Below, piece by piece: positions 46,655 to 58,055 of a stretch of 64,000 nt of DNA. The first letter of the stretch is position 1. Every line of letters starts with the position of its first letter. A program made the translations under genes and the position numbers. Source of the DNA: Vitreimonas sp. (GTDB lineage: Bacteria; Patescibacteriota; Microgenomatia; UBA1400; PJMF01); assembly GCA_035627515.1 (NCBI GenBank), contig DASPLQ010000012.1, positions 778,331 to 842,330 on the forward strand, in the 5' to 3' direction. The notes under the pieces are model-generated. The model worked only from the letters and a program-made list of their open reading frames with translations, did no database searches and was not told the origin of the DNA.

Positions 46655-47119
46655 ATGGCAGGATTTACAGTAGAACACTCACGAGTAGGGAATGATGCCG
46701 GCAGTTTAACAGCATGGTTATTAAATATGGTTCGAGGGCAAGAAGAAGGTGGTCAATCTGATTCTAATCGTGTTGAGGCTGGAGCCATTGTTTGGCAGTG
46801 GAATCAAAATGGTGCTACTTCCCACATTGACCAAGACCATCTCACTCAGAGTGTTAATATGCTGAAGCACCATGATGACGAGAGATTCCAGGCAGCTTTA
46901 GAGAGTTTCACTGTTATTGCTCCTAGTACCCAAGTAGCAAGTCAAGTAACCTACAGGGAATGCAAACTAATGCTAACTCTTGATGATCAGCGCCAAGTTC
47001 CTCAACAACAAGTTGAAACAGTTTTACAGATGTTAGTTCAAAACAATATTCCTTTTAGTGTAAAGATCGAGGACGCAGTTGATCCTAGAAAAGACGCATT
47101 AGTGATCCGAGTTTATTAA
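46655..47119 (+). CDS. Orphan protein inserted in the str operon
   Basis: 154-aa ORF; TATAAT promoter at ~46559. Confidence 0.65.
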   Translation: MAGFTVEHSRVGNDAGSLTAWLLNMVRGQEEGGQSDSNRVEAGAIVWQWNQNGATSHIDQDHLTQSVNMLKHHDDERFQAALESFTVIAPSTQVASQVTYRECKLMLTLDDQRQVPQQQVETVLQMLVQNNIPFSVKIEDAVDPRKDALVIRVY

Positions 47120-47137
47120 CCTCAAGCAGAGTGCTTT

Positions 47138-47800
47138 ATGACTCCAGAAGATAATCATAAGCATTGGTATGAGTTAACGGTTTATGATTTGTCTGAAAAG
47201 GAGCGCTTTGCACTCCAAAATAGTATTGCTCGAGCCTTATTGCAGTTTGATCTCAAGGTAGGTGTCGCAGAGGGAGAGCTGAAGGCACTGTACTTTGCTA
47301 ACAGACTTAGTATCGAGTTCCCACATTGGGCTTATCAATTAGTGCAAACTGTTCTCGAAAAGCATTTCCCAAATATCACCTATGAAGCGATTAAGATTGC
47401 TGAGCGAGACCCTAGTCACGAGCAAGGGGCTTTAGCGTTAGATATGGTCATGGCACTTGTTGCACGACAGAAATTACTGTCAGTATATGAAGCTCGGCTT
47501 TTAAAAGAGATGATAATCAAAAAAGAATGGGCCACTCATGGGTACATTTTTCCCGAAATTGTAAATGCAATTTTAGCTTTACCAGCTGAGGTAAGTACTA
47601 TCACTGGGTATCAGGCTAAATTACCACGAATCTTAAAAAGGCCAAGTAAAATTAATTACTTTAGAGGTAGTGAAGGTATTACTCCCAAAGAGATGGGAAT
47701 ACTTAAAACTGCCATCGAAAACCTAGTCAATCAACAACAAATTTACTTTTTAAGTTCTAAGATAGATGACGAGTGGATCGAAGACGAGCGGAAAGACTGA
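47138..47800 (+). CDS. Orphan protein inserted in the str operon
   Basis: 220-aa ORF; shares motifs with the ORFs at 50609 and 45716. Confidence 0.7.
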   Translation: MTPEDNHKHWYELTVYDLSEKERFALQNSIARALLQFDLKVGVAEGELKALYFANRLSIEFPHWAYQLVQTVLEKHFPNITYEAIKIAERDPSHEQGALALDMVMALVARQKLLSVYEARLLKEMIIKKEWATHGYIFPEIVNAILALPAEVSTITGYQAKLPRILKRPSKINYFRGSEGITPKEMGILKTAIENLVNQQQIYFLSSKIDDEWIEDERKD

Positions 47801-47914
47801 TTTCCACACCTTCCCTCAGAGCGGTTTTCTCGGTATAATCCTCTGTTACTTTGCCCAAAAGTTTTGTGCATATTTAAATACGTAATACACTTCGTCATTT
47901 GACAGAGGACATAT

Positions 47915-50062
47915 ATGGCAGGTCAACAAACCGTCAAAACTACCAACCGTAACCTTCCGCTCGATCGGATTCGGAACATCGGTATTATTGCTCACATCGA
48001 CGCTGGTAAGACCACTACTACTGAGCGCATTCTTTATTACACTGGTAAGTCCTACAAAATTGGTGAAGTTCATGAAGGTGCTACCCAAATGGACTGGATG
48101 GACCAAGAGCGTGAGCGTGGTATTACAATCGTGTCAGCTGCCACAACAACTTTCTGGACTCCTGTTTTCGACACCCACTTAACTAAAGATTCTTACCGCT
48201 TCAATATCATCGATACTCCAGGACACGTGGACTTCACTGCCGAAGTGGAGCGCTCACTACGCGTGCTCGATGGTGGTATCACTGTGCTCGATGCCGAAGA
48301 GGGTGTACAGTCACAATCAGAAACTGTTTGGCGCCAAGCTGACAAATACAATGTGCCTCGGATCTGTTTCGTCAACAAAATGGACAAGCTCGGTGCTGAT
48401 TTCATGCGCACGATTCAAGATATCCGTGACAAATTCGGCGTCAAACCAGCCATCATGGTCTTGCCAATTGGTGTCGAAGATACTTTCAAAGGCGTGATCC
48501 AGTTACTCGAGCGCAAAGCTTGGGTGTGGGAAAAAGGTCACTTAGGTGCTGAGTACAATGAAGTCGAGATTCCAGCCGAGATGAAGGATGATGTCGAGAA
48601 GTATCGTTCACAATTAATTGAACAAATTTCCGAAACTGATGATGCTTTGTTAGAAAAATATTTAGCTGGTGAAGAACCCTCAGTGGCTGAATTGAAGGCC
48701 GCTTTACGTGCTGCCACTATTGGTTACAAATTAGTGCCTATTTATTGTGGTTCATCGTTGCGCAACACTGGTGTACAAATTCTCTTAGATGCAGTCGTTG
48801 AGTACTTACCATCTCCTCAAGACATCGTAGAAATCAAAGGCACTCACCCCAAAACTGGTGAGGAAGAAGTTCGGCAACTTGTTCCTGAAGAGCCTTTCTG
48901 TGGTTTGGCCTTCAAGATCCAAACCGATCCTCACGTGGGTCGTTTGACCTATGTCCGGATTTATTCTGGCAAATTGGCTTCAGGTTCCTATACGTTTAAC
49001 TCCACTCGCAAAGCTCGCGAGCGCGTGGGTCGCTTGCTGTTAATGCATGCCAACCAACGTGAAGAAATCACTGAAGCTTTTGCTGGTGAGATCGTCGCTA
49101 TTGTGGGTTTGAAGGACACCAAAACTGGTGACTCACTCTGTGACGAAGGCAAGCCGATTGTGCTCGAAGGTATCAGCTTTGCTGATCCGGTGATTTCCTT
49201 AGCAATTGAACCTAAGACTAAGTCTGACCAAGAAAAGATGGGTGTAGCTTTAGGTAAATTAGCTGAAGAAGACCCCACCTTCCAAATTAAGAGTGATCAA
49301 GAGACCGGTCAAACCATTATTGCCGGTATGGGTGAGTTGCACTTAGAAATTTTGGTTGACCGCATGAAACGCGAGTTCAAAGTAGATGCCAATGTGGGTG
49401 CGCCTCAGGTAGCTTACAAAGAAACTATTAAAGTGGCTGCTGATGGTGAAGGTAAATACATCAAACAAACTGGTGGTCGCGGTCAATATGGTCACGTCTT
49501 ACTCAAAGTCGAGCCTAAAGATCGTGGAACTGGTTATGAATTTGTTAACGCCATCACTGGTGGTACCGTGCCTAAAGAGTACATCGAGCCGACTAATAAA
49601 GGTATCCAAGAGTCATTGGAAAGAGGTTTCATTGCTGGTTTCCCAATGAGTGATATCAAAGTCACTTTGTATGACGGGTCATTCCACGAAGTGGACTCTA
49701 GTGAACTGTCATTTAAAATGGCAGGCTCACTGGGTATGCGTGACGCCATTTCTCGCGCTCAAGCCGTGATCTTGGAACCAATCATGAAAGTGGAAGTCAC
49801 TACCCCTGATGAATTTATGGGTGATGTGATTGGTGACCTCGGTGCTCGCCGGGCTCAAATCCAAGGTACTGCTAACCGTAACAATGTCACGATCATTACC
49901 GCTTTGGTGCCCTTAGCTCAAATGCAAGGTTATGTGACTATCTTACGGTCCATGACCCAAGGCCGTGCTTCCTCAGTGATGTTACCAAGTCACTACGAAG
50001 AAGTGCCTTCTAGTATTCAAGCTAAATTAATCGAAGAGAGAAAAGGGATTAACGTTCGGTAA
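47915..50062 (+). CDS. fusA: Elongation factor G
   Basis: 'AHIDAGKTT', 'ERERGITI', 'DTPGHVDF', 'GMGELHL', 'GQYGH', 'HEVDSS'. Confidence 0.99.
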   Translation: MAGQQTVKTTNRNLPLDRIRNIGIIAHIDAGKTTTTERILYYTGKSYKIGEVHEGATQMDWMDQERERGITIVSAATTTFWTPVFDTHLTKDSYRFNIIDTPGHVDFTAEVERSLRVLDGGITVLDAEEGVQSQSETVWRQADKYNVPRICFVNKMDKLGADFMRTIQDIRDKFGVKPAIMVLPIGVEDTFKGVIQLLERKAWVWEKGHLGAEYNEVEIPAEMKDDVEKYRSQLIEQISETDDALLEKYLAGEEPSVAELKAALRAATIGYKLVPIYCGSSLRNTGVQILLDAVVEYLPSPQDIVEIKGTHPKTGEEEVRQLVPEEPFCGLAFKIQTDPHVGRLTYVRIYSGKLASGSYTFNSTRKARERVGRLLLMHANQREEITEAFAGEIVAIVGLKDTKTGDSLCDEGKPIVLEGISFADPVISLAIEPKTKSDQEKMGVALGKLAEEDPTFQIKSDQETGQTIIAGMGELHLEILVDRMKREFKVDANVGAPQVAYKETIKVAADGEGKYIKQTGGRGQYGHVLLKVEPKDRGTGYEFVNAITGGTVPKEYIEPTNKGIQESLERGFIAGFPMSDIKVTLYDGSFHEVDSSELSFKMAGSLGMRDAISRAQAVILEPIMKVEVTTPDEFMGDVIGDLGARRAQIQGTANRNNVTIITALVPLAQMQGYVTILRSMTQGRASSVMLPSHYEEVPSSIQAKLIEERKGINVR

Positions 50063-50082
50063 ACTCTCATAGTTACACAGAG

Positions 50083-50113
50083 AAAGGGGTGCCCAGCCGG
50101 GCGCCCCTTTTTT
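50083..50113 (+). terminator. Intrinsic terminator after fusA
   Basis: AAAGGGGTGCCC-AGCC-GGGCGCCCCTTTTTT. Confidence 0.85.
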
Positions 50114-50184
50114 ATTACTTCTTTTTAACACCTTTTGGCATTTTTATTGACATGCTATGCTCCCTTAAGTAACAGAAAGGCCAT

Positions 50185-50628
50185 ATGGTTATTGAGCAGT
50201 TAAGCAAGCCAGATTTTAGCAATTTCATTAACTATACTATTCAATATTGGGAACTAATTGATAAATTTAATAAAAAAAATGAGAGCTTTGAGGAAGAGGA
50301 TGTGGAGACATTTCTAGGTGTATGTGCGCTATTAATTGAGTTTGCCCGTTTAGATAGAGAAGTGCAGCCGGCGGTAATCAGAATGTTTACCGGTGTGATC
50401 GATGAGACTGAAAGGCCCTCATCATCTAATGCATTAACTGAAGAGCAAAAACGGCAACAGGAAATCTTTCAAGCCTGGTTTGAGACAGAAATTTCATTGG
50501 CATTGTTGGTAGAGAATGCACACACTTTTAAAGAAGCCTTGCGCAAACTTAAAGTTAGTGCCGATCGTCCGATTATGAAAATCTTGCAAAACAGAAAGAG
50601 AACCACTCATGCAAAGCTGGCGAGTTAG
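50185..50628 (+). CDS. Orphan protein between fusA and tuf
   Basis: 147-aa ORF with AAAGG SD. Confidence 0.65.
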   Translation: MVIEQLSKPDFSNFINYTIQYWELIDKFNKKNESFEEEDVETFLGVCALLIEFARLDREVQPAVIRMFTGVIDETERPSSSNALTEEQKRQQEIFQAWFETEISLALLVENAHTFKEALRKLKVSADRPIMKILQNRKRTTHAKLAS

Positions 50629-51322
50629 GATGGAGAATGGAAGTAATTATCTGGAGAGAATGGCTCCCGATCAGCTTTCATTGCAGCCTCTTGTTTCATC
50701 ACTGCTGGAGTTAAAAGCTCCTAAGAGGCAGCGGCTGAGGTTGCGTCGTCAGCGCCAGTACTTTGTTTCATATCTTGATAAATTATCTTCACATGAGCTG
50801 CCATCGGCTGAGTTACAAGCAGAGTTAGAGACATTTATTCAATCTACCCATTCACTTTACTTGGAAACACTGACCTTAATTGATAGTAGTTTTGGATCAG
50901 CTACGGAAGCTGAAATAAAAATCAAAAGTGAGCAGCGGAAAAATGGGGAGATTATTACTGTAAGATCAGCTGCAGAGACAAAAAGATTAATTGATCTTGA
51001 GTATTTGTTTTTTTGTTACTCGCGGTGGGCGGCGGTGTTGGTGCGTGAGCGATTTGTGGAGGCACTCCAGAATATCGAAGATGAGCTTACAGTGACCGGG
51101 GCTGTAATTTGTAGTGAGAGCGAGCACGTGGAGGGAGTAGGAGCACACCAGAGTTTTATGGAGATATATATTGAAGTTCCTCTCACTACCCTTAACCAAA
51201 CTTTGGCTATTCTTGAGAAAATAGGTATTACGTACGATCTTTCAACTCTGCAATCCACTGATGGGATAGTAGCCTTAGAAATTTTCAATGAACCCGCTTT
51301 TTCAAGCAGTACTAAGGGATAG
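50609..51322 (+). CDS. Orphan protein between fusA and tuf
   Basis: 237-aa ORF (start may be ATG 50630); C-terminal module shared with 46655 and 47138. Confidence 0.65.
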   Translation: MQSWRVRMENGSNYLERMAPDQLSLQPLVSSLLELKAPKRQRLRLRRQRQYFVSYLDKLSSHELPSAELQAELETFIQSTHSLYLETLTLIDSSFGSATEAEIKIKSEQRKNGEIITVRSAAETKRLIDLEYLFFCYSRWAAVLVRERFVEALQNIEDELTVTGAVICSESEHVEGVGAHQSFMEIYIEVPLTTLNQTLAILEKIGITYDLSTLQSTDGIVALEIFNEPAFSSSTKG

Positions 51323-51528
51323 AGAGTAAGTTCACTATAAAAAGTTTTTTTATGATGAGTAAACTCATCGATAATGTCCGCACTAAAACCTCCCTTTGCC
51401 AACTTGCCCCAGAGGCTTTATAATCAACTCTCGATTGTTTTCCAATCGCTCGTATTTTAGTATTAAGTACTTCTAGTTTAGTCATTAATAATTAGTAACT
51501 AGAAATTACCTTTACCGGGAGGACTCAT

Positions 51529-52725
<1,197 letters not shown>

Positions 52726-52763
52726 TTTTAGTTGATTGCGCTTAGCGCAATTGCATTGAAAAC

Positions 52764-52796
52764 AAAAGCCCTCTCCGCTTATGGAGGGGGCTTTTT
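52764..52796 (+). terminator. Intrinsic terminator after tuf
   Basis: AAAAGCCCTCTCC-GCTTAT-GGAGGGGGCTTTTT. Confidence 0.85.
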
Positions 52797-52844
52797 GGTA
52801 GAAAAATTTTTATCAGTGGTAAAATAATCAACACTTTATTTCCT

Positions 52845-53369
52845 ATGTCATTTTTACTCAAGTATCGTGAGCTTGGTATTTTTCCCCACCCATGGAAATG
52901 GAGAGACTATGAAGTGGGTGATGATGTGCGCTTATTAGCCTTCATTAATGAAATCAGAACGCCATTTACTTCCAAAAGGCGAATCAAAAAAGTTATTAAG
53001 CAATTGCAGTCCGTCGATCAAATTCATCAATTAAGTAGCCAAGATGATGAGTTAGAGACTTTTTTCCCTATCATTGCCATGATCTTTAGAAGGGAGTTAT
53101 CAGACAGTTTACAAAAAGTTATTATCCAGCCCCCCCAGCAGGTGTTTCGCCTCAAACCTGACCGTGAACTTGACCTGACTCAATTAGTCCGTATTAGCGC
53201 TAGCAGCACCGCCCCCGATAGCAGAGAACTGCAAGGCTATAAGTTTCATCCTTATTATGTGGAAACTGAAGCTGGAGCGATCAGTCTGGCCGCTAAAGTA
53301 CCTCAGCTAATTTTTGAGGATATTAGCTATATTATTTATCAAAAATTGTTGGCTGAAGCCAAGAAATAA
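52845..53369 (+). CDS. Orphan protein, paralog of 53418..53933
   Basis: Shared 'KYRE', 'AFI..I..P', 'ELE.FFP..A..F', 'YY.ETE.G', 'II.Q.L'. Confidence 0.75.
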   Translation: MSFLLKYRELGIFPHPWKWRDYEVGDDVRLLAFINEIRTPFTSKRRIKKVIKQLQSVDQIHQLSSQDDELETFFPIIAMIFRRELSDSLQKVIIQPPQQVFRLKPDRELDLTQLVRISASSTAPDSRELQGYKFHPYYVETEAGAISLAAKVPQLIFEDISYIIYQKLLAEAKK

Positions 53370-53417
53370 AATACTCACTGATTACACACATCAAATGGAG
53401 TGCTAGAATAACTGACT

Positions 53418-53933
53418 ATGAGCATGAGAGTTGGGGTAAAGTACCGAGAGTTTATAGAATTCAGTGACATCGAAAGATGGTCAGTGTTTAAATCAAAACC
53501 AGAAGCCTACGCATTTATCTCAACTATAACTCAACCCTTAGATACAGAGGAGTACCTACTCAGTATTATTGATTCTTTGGAAGATTATCGCCAACTGCAA
53601 GAAGTTCTCCCAGAAAGTAGAGAGCTGGAATTATTTTTCCCCCTCATGGCTCAGCTTTTTATTTTAAACAACCAAGAGCATGGCATACGGGTTCCACAAC
53701 GGTCTGCCAATGAGCGATACCGACGGGGGGCAAATTTAATAGTCCATCAACCATCAAATCGCTCTGTGCAAATTTACCCCTCACCTAAAGCACTGCACCC
53801 GTATGATGCTCCACACATATTCCGCTATTATGCTGAGACGGAATTAGGATATTTAACACTGCAAACGCGTGCGACTGATGCCGAGCGAAATAGTCTCAGG
53901 GAGATAATTTTTCAAGTGTTGAAGGGAACTTAA
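53418..53933 (+). CDS. Orphan protein, paralog of 52845..53369
   Basis: Same co-linear motifs and near-identical length. Confidence 0.75.
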   Translation: MSMRVGVKYREFIEFSDIERWSVFKSKPEAYAFISTITQPLDTEEYLLSIIDSLEDYRQLQEVLPESRELELFFPLMAQLFILNNQEHGIRVPQRSANERYRRGANLIVHQPSNRSVQIYPSPKALHPYDAPHIFRYYAETELGYLTLQTRATDAERNSLREIIFQVLKGT

Positions 53934-54021
53934 GTTTCTCTCAGGGTTGTAAAAAAAGGTGGTAAAAAGAGAGTATTTGCAGCTATGAAGTGGGAAGAGC
54001 AGCCGGCTCAAAACTCCCCTC

Positions 54022-54050
54022 TTGCTACCAGGTGAAATTCTCTGTATAAT
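54022..54050 (+). promoter_or_regulatory. S10 operon promoter
   Basis: TTGCTA-17-TATAAT. Confidence 0.7.
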
Positions 54051-54123
54051 CACGCTCTGTCTTTAAAAATGTAAGAGGATTGATAAAAATTCGTAAGAAG
54101 CGAAATTTAACAAGTGAAACAGT

Positions 54124-54450
54124 ATGGCAGCGACCACATCTACAGCTAGCTACAAAATCCGAGTCCGGCTTAAGGCCTATGATCATCGGGTGATTGACGA
54201 AGCTTCTAAAAAGATTTTAGAAACTGCTTTATCAACCGGTGCTAAAGTAATTGGTCCGGTGCCTTTGCCAACTAACCACAAATGGTTTACTGTTTTGGCA
54301 TCACCACATACTGATAAAGATGCTCAAGAGCATTACACAATCCGAACGCACAAACGCTTAATTGAAATTGTCAATCCAACTGGTAAAACTATTGATTCTC
54401 TAATGCACTTAGAGTTACCAGCCGGTGTTGATATTCAAATTAAGATGTAG
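54124..54450 (+). CDS. rpsJ: 30S ribosomal protein uS10
   Basis: '[10 protein letters not shown]', 'GPVPLPT', 'RTHKRLI', 'LPAGV'. Confidence 0.98.
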   Translation: MAATTSTASYKIRVRLKAYDHRVIDEASKKILETALSTGAKVIGPVPLPTNHKWFTVLASPHTDKDAQEHYTIRTHKRLIEIVNPTGKTIDSLMHLELPAGVDIQIKM

Positions 54451-54505
54451 CCTCCTCGTGAGTCTACTTTTTTAATGACAAAAATAAACAAAAAAAAAGA
54501 TATAT

Positions 54506-55240
54506 ATGTTAACGACAGTATTCGCCACCAAACTCGGCATGACCCAGGCTTGGACCAAAGAGGGCAAGCGCATGGCTGTGACTCGTTGTAAAGTCACACC
54601 GAATGTAGTCGTTGGTACTCAAAATCCCCAAGAAAAATCAGTTGTTTTAGAAATTGGTTACGGCACTAAAAAGCTCAAAAACATGAACAAACCACTCAGA
54701 TCGCAATTAGAGAAGAGTGGTTTTTCAATGGGTATTACCCAAGTCAAAGGCGTAAAAGTCGCTCTTGATGGTGAAACCCCAGCTCCTAAAGCTGGTGACA
54801 GTATTACTATTGATCAAGTTTTACAAATCGGTGATATCGTCAAAGTTCAAGGCATCACTAAAGGTCGCGGCTTTGCTGGTGCCGTCAAACGCCATGGTTT
54901 TGCTGGTGGCCCTGAAACTCACGGTCAATCAGATCGTGTCCGTGCTGTCGGTTCTATCGGCGCTGGTACTACTCCAGGTCGTGTTTTCAAAGGCAAACGC
55001 ATGCCTGGCCATTATGGTGTCGATACCAAAACTGTGACTGGGTTAGTCATTTTACACATCGATCCTACTACGCAAGAAGTATGGTTGAGCGGTCCAGTCC
55101 CTGGCCACAATCAAGCAGTCGTACGAATTTTGAAAACCGGTCAAACGAAGCAAGTTGAATTATTAAACGTGCAAAAATCTGAAGCTGTGGTCGAAGCAGC
55201 TCCAGCTGAAGAAGCACCAGTAGCAGAGGCACAAGCATAA
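54506..55240 (+). CDS. rplC: 50S ribosomal protein uL3
   Basis: 'KLGMTQ', 'KGRGFAG.VKRHGF', 'PGRVFKGKRMPGH'. Confidence 0.98.
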   Translation: MLTTVFATKLGMTQAWTKEGKRMAVTRCKVTPNVVVGTQNPQEKSVVLEIGYGTKKLKNMNKPLRSQLEKSGFSMGITQVKGVKVALDGETPAPKAGDSITIDQVLQIGDIVKVQGITKGRGFAGAVKRHGFAGGPETHGQSDRVRAVGSIGAGTTPGRVFKGKRMPGHYGVDTKTVTGLVILHIDPTTQEVWLSGPVPGHNQAVVRILKTGQTKQVELLNVQKSEAVVEAAPAEEAPVAEAQA

Positions 55241-55247
55241 GTATCTC

Positions 55248-56069
55248 ATGAAAGTCACACACGTTACTTCTACCGGCAAACACAGCGAACTCGCACTCAA
55301 TGATGCTGTGTTCGGTGCGCCCGCAAACTTGAGCTTATTAAGCCAAGCTGTGCGTGTGTACCAATCAAACTTGCGCCAAGGGAGTAGTAAGGTCAAAACC
55401 CGTTCTGAAATTAACCGCACTAAAAAGAAATGGTTTAAACAAAAAGGTACCGGTAATGCTCGCCATGGTGCTCGTACCTCCAACATCTTTGTAGGTGGTG
55501 GTGTTTCTCACGGTCCTAATGGTGAACAAAACTGGTCTTTAAACATGAGTCAAACTATGAAACACCAAGCTTTGGTTAATGCCTTGAGCATTCAAGCTTC
55601 CAAAATCGTGGTGCATGATGGTTTAAGCGCTTTGGGTGGTAAAACTGCTGAGGCCATGACCGCCTTGAAAGCTGTCGTCGAGCCTACTGAAAAAGTGTTA
55701 GTAATTATTCACAGTCCAACACTCAACATCATTCGCGGCTTGCGCAATGTAGAGACGGTCTTAGTTACCCAAGCTGATCGTGTCACCGCTTTAGAAGTTT
55801 CTTTAGCTGATAGAATTGTGTTAACGAGTGAAGCCATTACTACTTTAGAAAAACGCTTGACTGCTAAACCCACCAAACCAGCTGCTAAAACTGTAGCTGC
55901 AACCAGTGACAAAGCTGTCAAAGCTGAAACCAAAGCTCAGCCCGTTGCTAAAGCCGCCAAGCCCGCAGCCAAAAAAGCAGCGACTGCGCCTAAAGCTGAA
56001 CCTAAGAAAGCAGCCACCAAAAAAGCCGCTCCTAAAAAAGAAGCCGTGAAAGCTAAAAAAACTAAATAA
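55248..56069 (+). CDS. rplD: 50S ribosomal protein uL4 with Lys/Ala-rich C-terminal tail
   Basis: 'KTRSE', 'QKGTGNARHG', 'GGG..HGP'. Confidence 0.97.
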   Translation: MKVTHVTSTGKHSELALNDAVFGAPANLSLLSQAVRVYQSNLRQGSSKVKTRSEINRTKKKWFKQKGTGNARHGARTSNIFVGGGVSHGPNGEQNWSLNMSQTMKHQALVNALSIQASKIVVHDGLSALGGKTAEAMTALKAVVEPTEKVLVIIHSPTLNIIRGLRNVETVLVTQADRVTALEVSLADRIVLTSEAITTLEKRLTAKPTKPAAKTVAATSDKAVKAETKAQPVAKAAKPAAKKAATAPKAEPKKAATKKAAPKKEAVKAKKTK

Positions 56070-56074
56070 ATATC

Positions 56075-56371
56075 ATGAACGCTTTTATTATTAAACAACC
56101 AGTCATTACCGAAAAATCAATGTTACTTGCTAACACTGAAAACACTTACACGTTTGAAGTGGCTCGCAATGCAAATAAACAACAGATTCAAGATGCTGTG
56201 GAAAAACTGTATGGTGTGGCAGTTGAGTCAGTCAACACCGTGGTGGGCCATAACTCACCAGTACGAACTGGTCGTAAACGTTTGAAGAGCGTCCAAACTA
56301 AAGTCAAAAAAGCTATGGTCAAGTTGAAAGCTGGTCAAACAATTGCCTTGTTTGACTTATCAGGGAACTAA
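56075..56371 (+). CDS. rplW: 50S ribosomal protein uL23
   Basis: 'PVITEKS', 'YTFEV...ANK..I..AVE', 'KKAMVKL'. Confidence 0.97.
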   Translation: MNAFIIKQPVITEKSMLLANTENTYTFEVARNANKQQIQDAVEKLYGVAVESVNTVVGHNSPVRTGRKRLKSVQTKVKKAMVKLKAGQTIALFDLSGN

Positions 56372-56376
56372 GTATC

Positions 56377-57210
56377 ATGTTAATTAAACGTAAAGCTACT
56401 AGCGCCGGACGTCGACACCAAGTGTCGGTGGATCGCAGCCACCTTCACAAAGGTGAACCTGAAAAAGGGTTGATGGCTACCGGTCACTTGAAACGACAAG
56501 GTCGCGGCTATAAAGGTCGTATCACTGTCCGTCATCGTGGTGGTGGTGTCAAAAAACGTTTGCGAATTTTGGACTGGAAACGCAATAAGTTCGGCGTACC
56601 AGGCAAAATTGAGCGCTTAGAATATGATCCATTGCGCAGTGCAAACATCGCCTTAGTTATTTATAATGATGGTGAGAAACGCTACATGGTAGCACCTGAT
56701 GGTCTGAATGTTGGTCAAGAAGTGCTCTCAGGTCCCACTGCTGAAGTACGAGTTGGTAATGCTTTACCTTTAAAAAACATCCCTGTCGGAACTCCGATTC
56801 ATAACTTAGAGTTACACGCAGGTAAAGGTGGTCAAATCGTTCGCGGAGCAGGAACAGCAGCTTATATCCAAGCTAAAGAAGGTGCTATGGTGACTGTGCA
56901 GTTGCCTTCTCGAGAATTAAGATTGCTAAATGCCGAGTGTTTCGCTACAATCGGCCAAGTCGGAAATCAAGATCACAAAAACCAAAAAATTGGTAAAGCT
57001 GGCCGCAAGCGCTTAATGGGTATTCGTCCTGGAGTGCGGGGAACTGCACAACATCCAGACAGTCACCCACATGGTGGTGGTGAAGGCCGGAGTGGTATTG
57101 GTCTCAAATATCCCAAGACTCCATGGGGCAAACATGCCTTGGGTACTAAGACACGTAATAAACGCAAGAACAGTAGTAAGTATATTGTGAGAGATAGAAG
57201 AGTTAAGTAA
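56377..57210 (+). CDS. rplB: 50S ribosomal protein uL2
   Basis: 'GRITVRHRGGG', 'EYDP.RSANIAL', 'HPHGGGEG', 'TPWGK'. Confidence 0.99.
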   Translation: MLIKRKATSAGRRHQVSVDRSHLHKGEPEKGLMATGHLKRQGRGYKGRITVRHRGGGVKKRLRILDWKRNKFGVPGKIERLEYDPLRSANIALVIYNDGEKRYMVAPDGLNVGQEVLSGPTAEVRVGNALPLKNIPVGTPIHNLELHAGKGGQIVRGAGTAAYIQAKEGAMVTVQLPSRELRLLNAECFATIGQVGNQDHKNQKIGKAGRKRLMGIRPGVRGTAQHPDSHPHGGGEGRSGIGLKYPKTPWGKHALGTKTRNKRKNSSKYIVRDRRVK

Positions 57211-57272
57211 AATCCAAATCCCAAAATCCAAACGTTAAAATTGGATTTTGAAATTTGAAACTTGGAATTTGA
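57210..57272. repeat. 7-mer tandem-repeat hairpin between rplB and rpsS
   Basis: AAATCCA-AATCCCA-AAATCCA followed by inverted TTGGATT-TTGAAAT-TTGAAAC-TTGGAAT. Confidence 0.75.
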
Positions 57273-57277
57273 GCACT

Positions 57278-57562
57278 ATGTCTAGATCAAGTAAAAAAGG
57301 ACCATTTATTGACCCAAAGCTCTTAAAAAAGGTTTTGGCTCAGAAATCGTCAGGCACTAAAGCTCCTATCAAAACTTGGAGCCGGTCATGTGTGATTTCA
57401 CCTGACTTTGTAGGTCACACGTTTATGGTGCATCAAGGTAAGAAGTTTGTAGAGGTATTTGTTAGTGAGGCCATGGTGGGTCACAAGCTGGGAGAATTTG
57501 CTCCAACTCGTAACTTCCGCGGTCACGGTAAAGTGGTTAAACGCGTCTTGAGTAAGACGTAA
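57278..57562 (+). CDS. rpsS: 30S ribosomal protein uS19
   Basis: 'MSRS.KKGPF', 'IKTWSR', '[13 protein letters not shown]'. Confidence 0.98.
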   Translation: MSRSSKKGPFIDPKLLKKVLAQKSSGTKAPIKTWSRSCVISPDFVGHTFMVHQGKKFVEVFVSEAMVGHKLGEFAPTRNFRGHGKVVKRVLSKT

Positions 57563-57569
57563 AAAATTG

Positions 57570-57587
57570 ATCCGCCAGTTGGCGGAC
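57570..57587. repeat. 18-bp palindrome, exact reverse complement of 43891-43908
   Basis: ATCCGCCAGTTGGCGGAC versus GTCCGCCAACTGGCGGAT. Confidence 0.8.
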
Positions 57588-57606
57588 GAAAATTGGAATT
57601 TAAATA

Positions 57607-58026
57607 ATGTTAATTACGGCACAGCAAAAATACATTCGTCAGACACCACGCAAGTTGCGTTTGGTGGCTAACACTGTCAAGAAATTGAGCTTGGATAAAG
57701 CCATCAATCAATTAGCAGTGATTGAACGCCGGGCTACTTTGCCAGTTATGAAAGTAGTCAAGCAAGCCGTCGCTAACGCTCTTAACAACCATAAATTACA
57801 GTTCAGCGACTTAGTATTAAAAGATATTCAAGTTGGTGAAGGTCCACGCTACCGCCGTTTTCGAGCTGTTAGTCGTGGTCGCGCTCATGACGTCAAGAAA
57901 AGAACCAGTCACGTGACTGTGACATTGATGACTCGTGACGAAATCAAGCCCGTTGCTGCCCCTGCAGCCGAGCCTGTTAAAAAAGCAGTTAAACAAGACA
58001 AGAGTACCAAAAAGGAGACTAAGTAA
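57607..58026 (+). CDS. rplV: 50S ribosomal protein uL22
   Basis: 'R.TPRKLRLVA', 'AVANA', 'RGRA....KRTSHVTV'. Confidence 0.97.
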   Translation: MLITAQQKYIRQTPRKLRLVANTVKKLSLDKAINQLAVIERRATLPVMKVVKQAVANALNNHKLQFSDLVLKDIQVGEGPRYRRFRAVSRGRAHDVKKRTSHVTVTLMTRDEIKPVAAPAAEPVKKAVKQDKSTKKETK

Positions 58027-58055
58027 CTTCATTACAGGAGTTGCTCATCACGCAC

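Noticed and set aside
54446-54475. Possible terminator after rpsJ
   Set aside because: The stem (GTAG-C-CTC/GAG-T-CTAC) is short and mismatched; too weak to call
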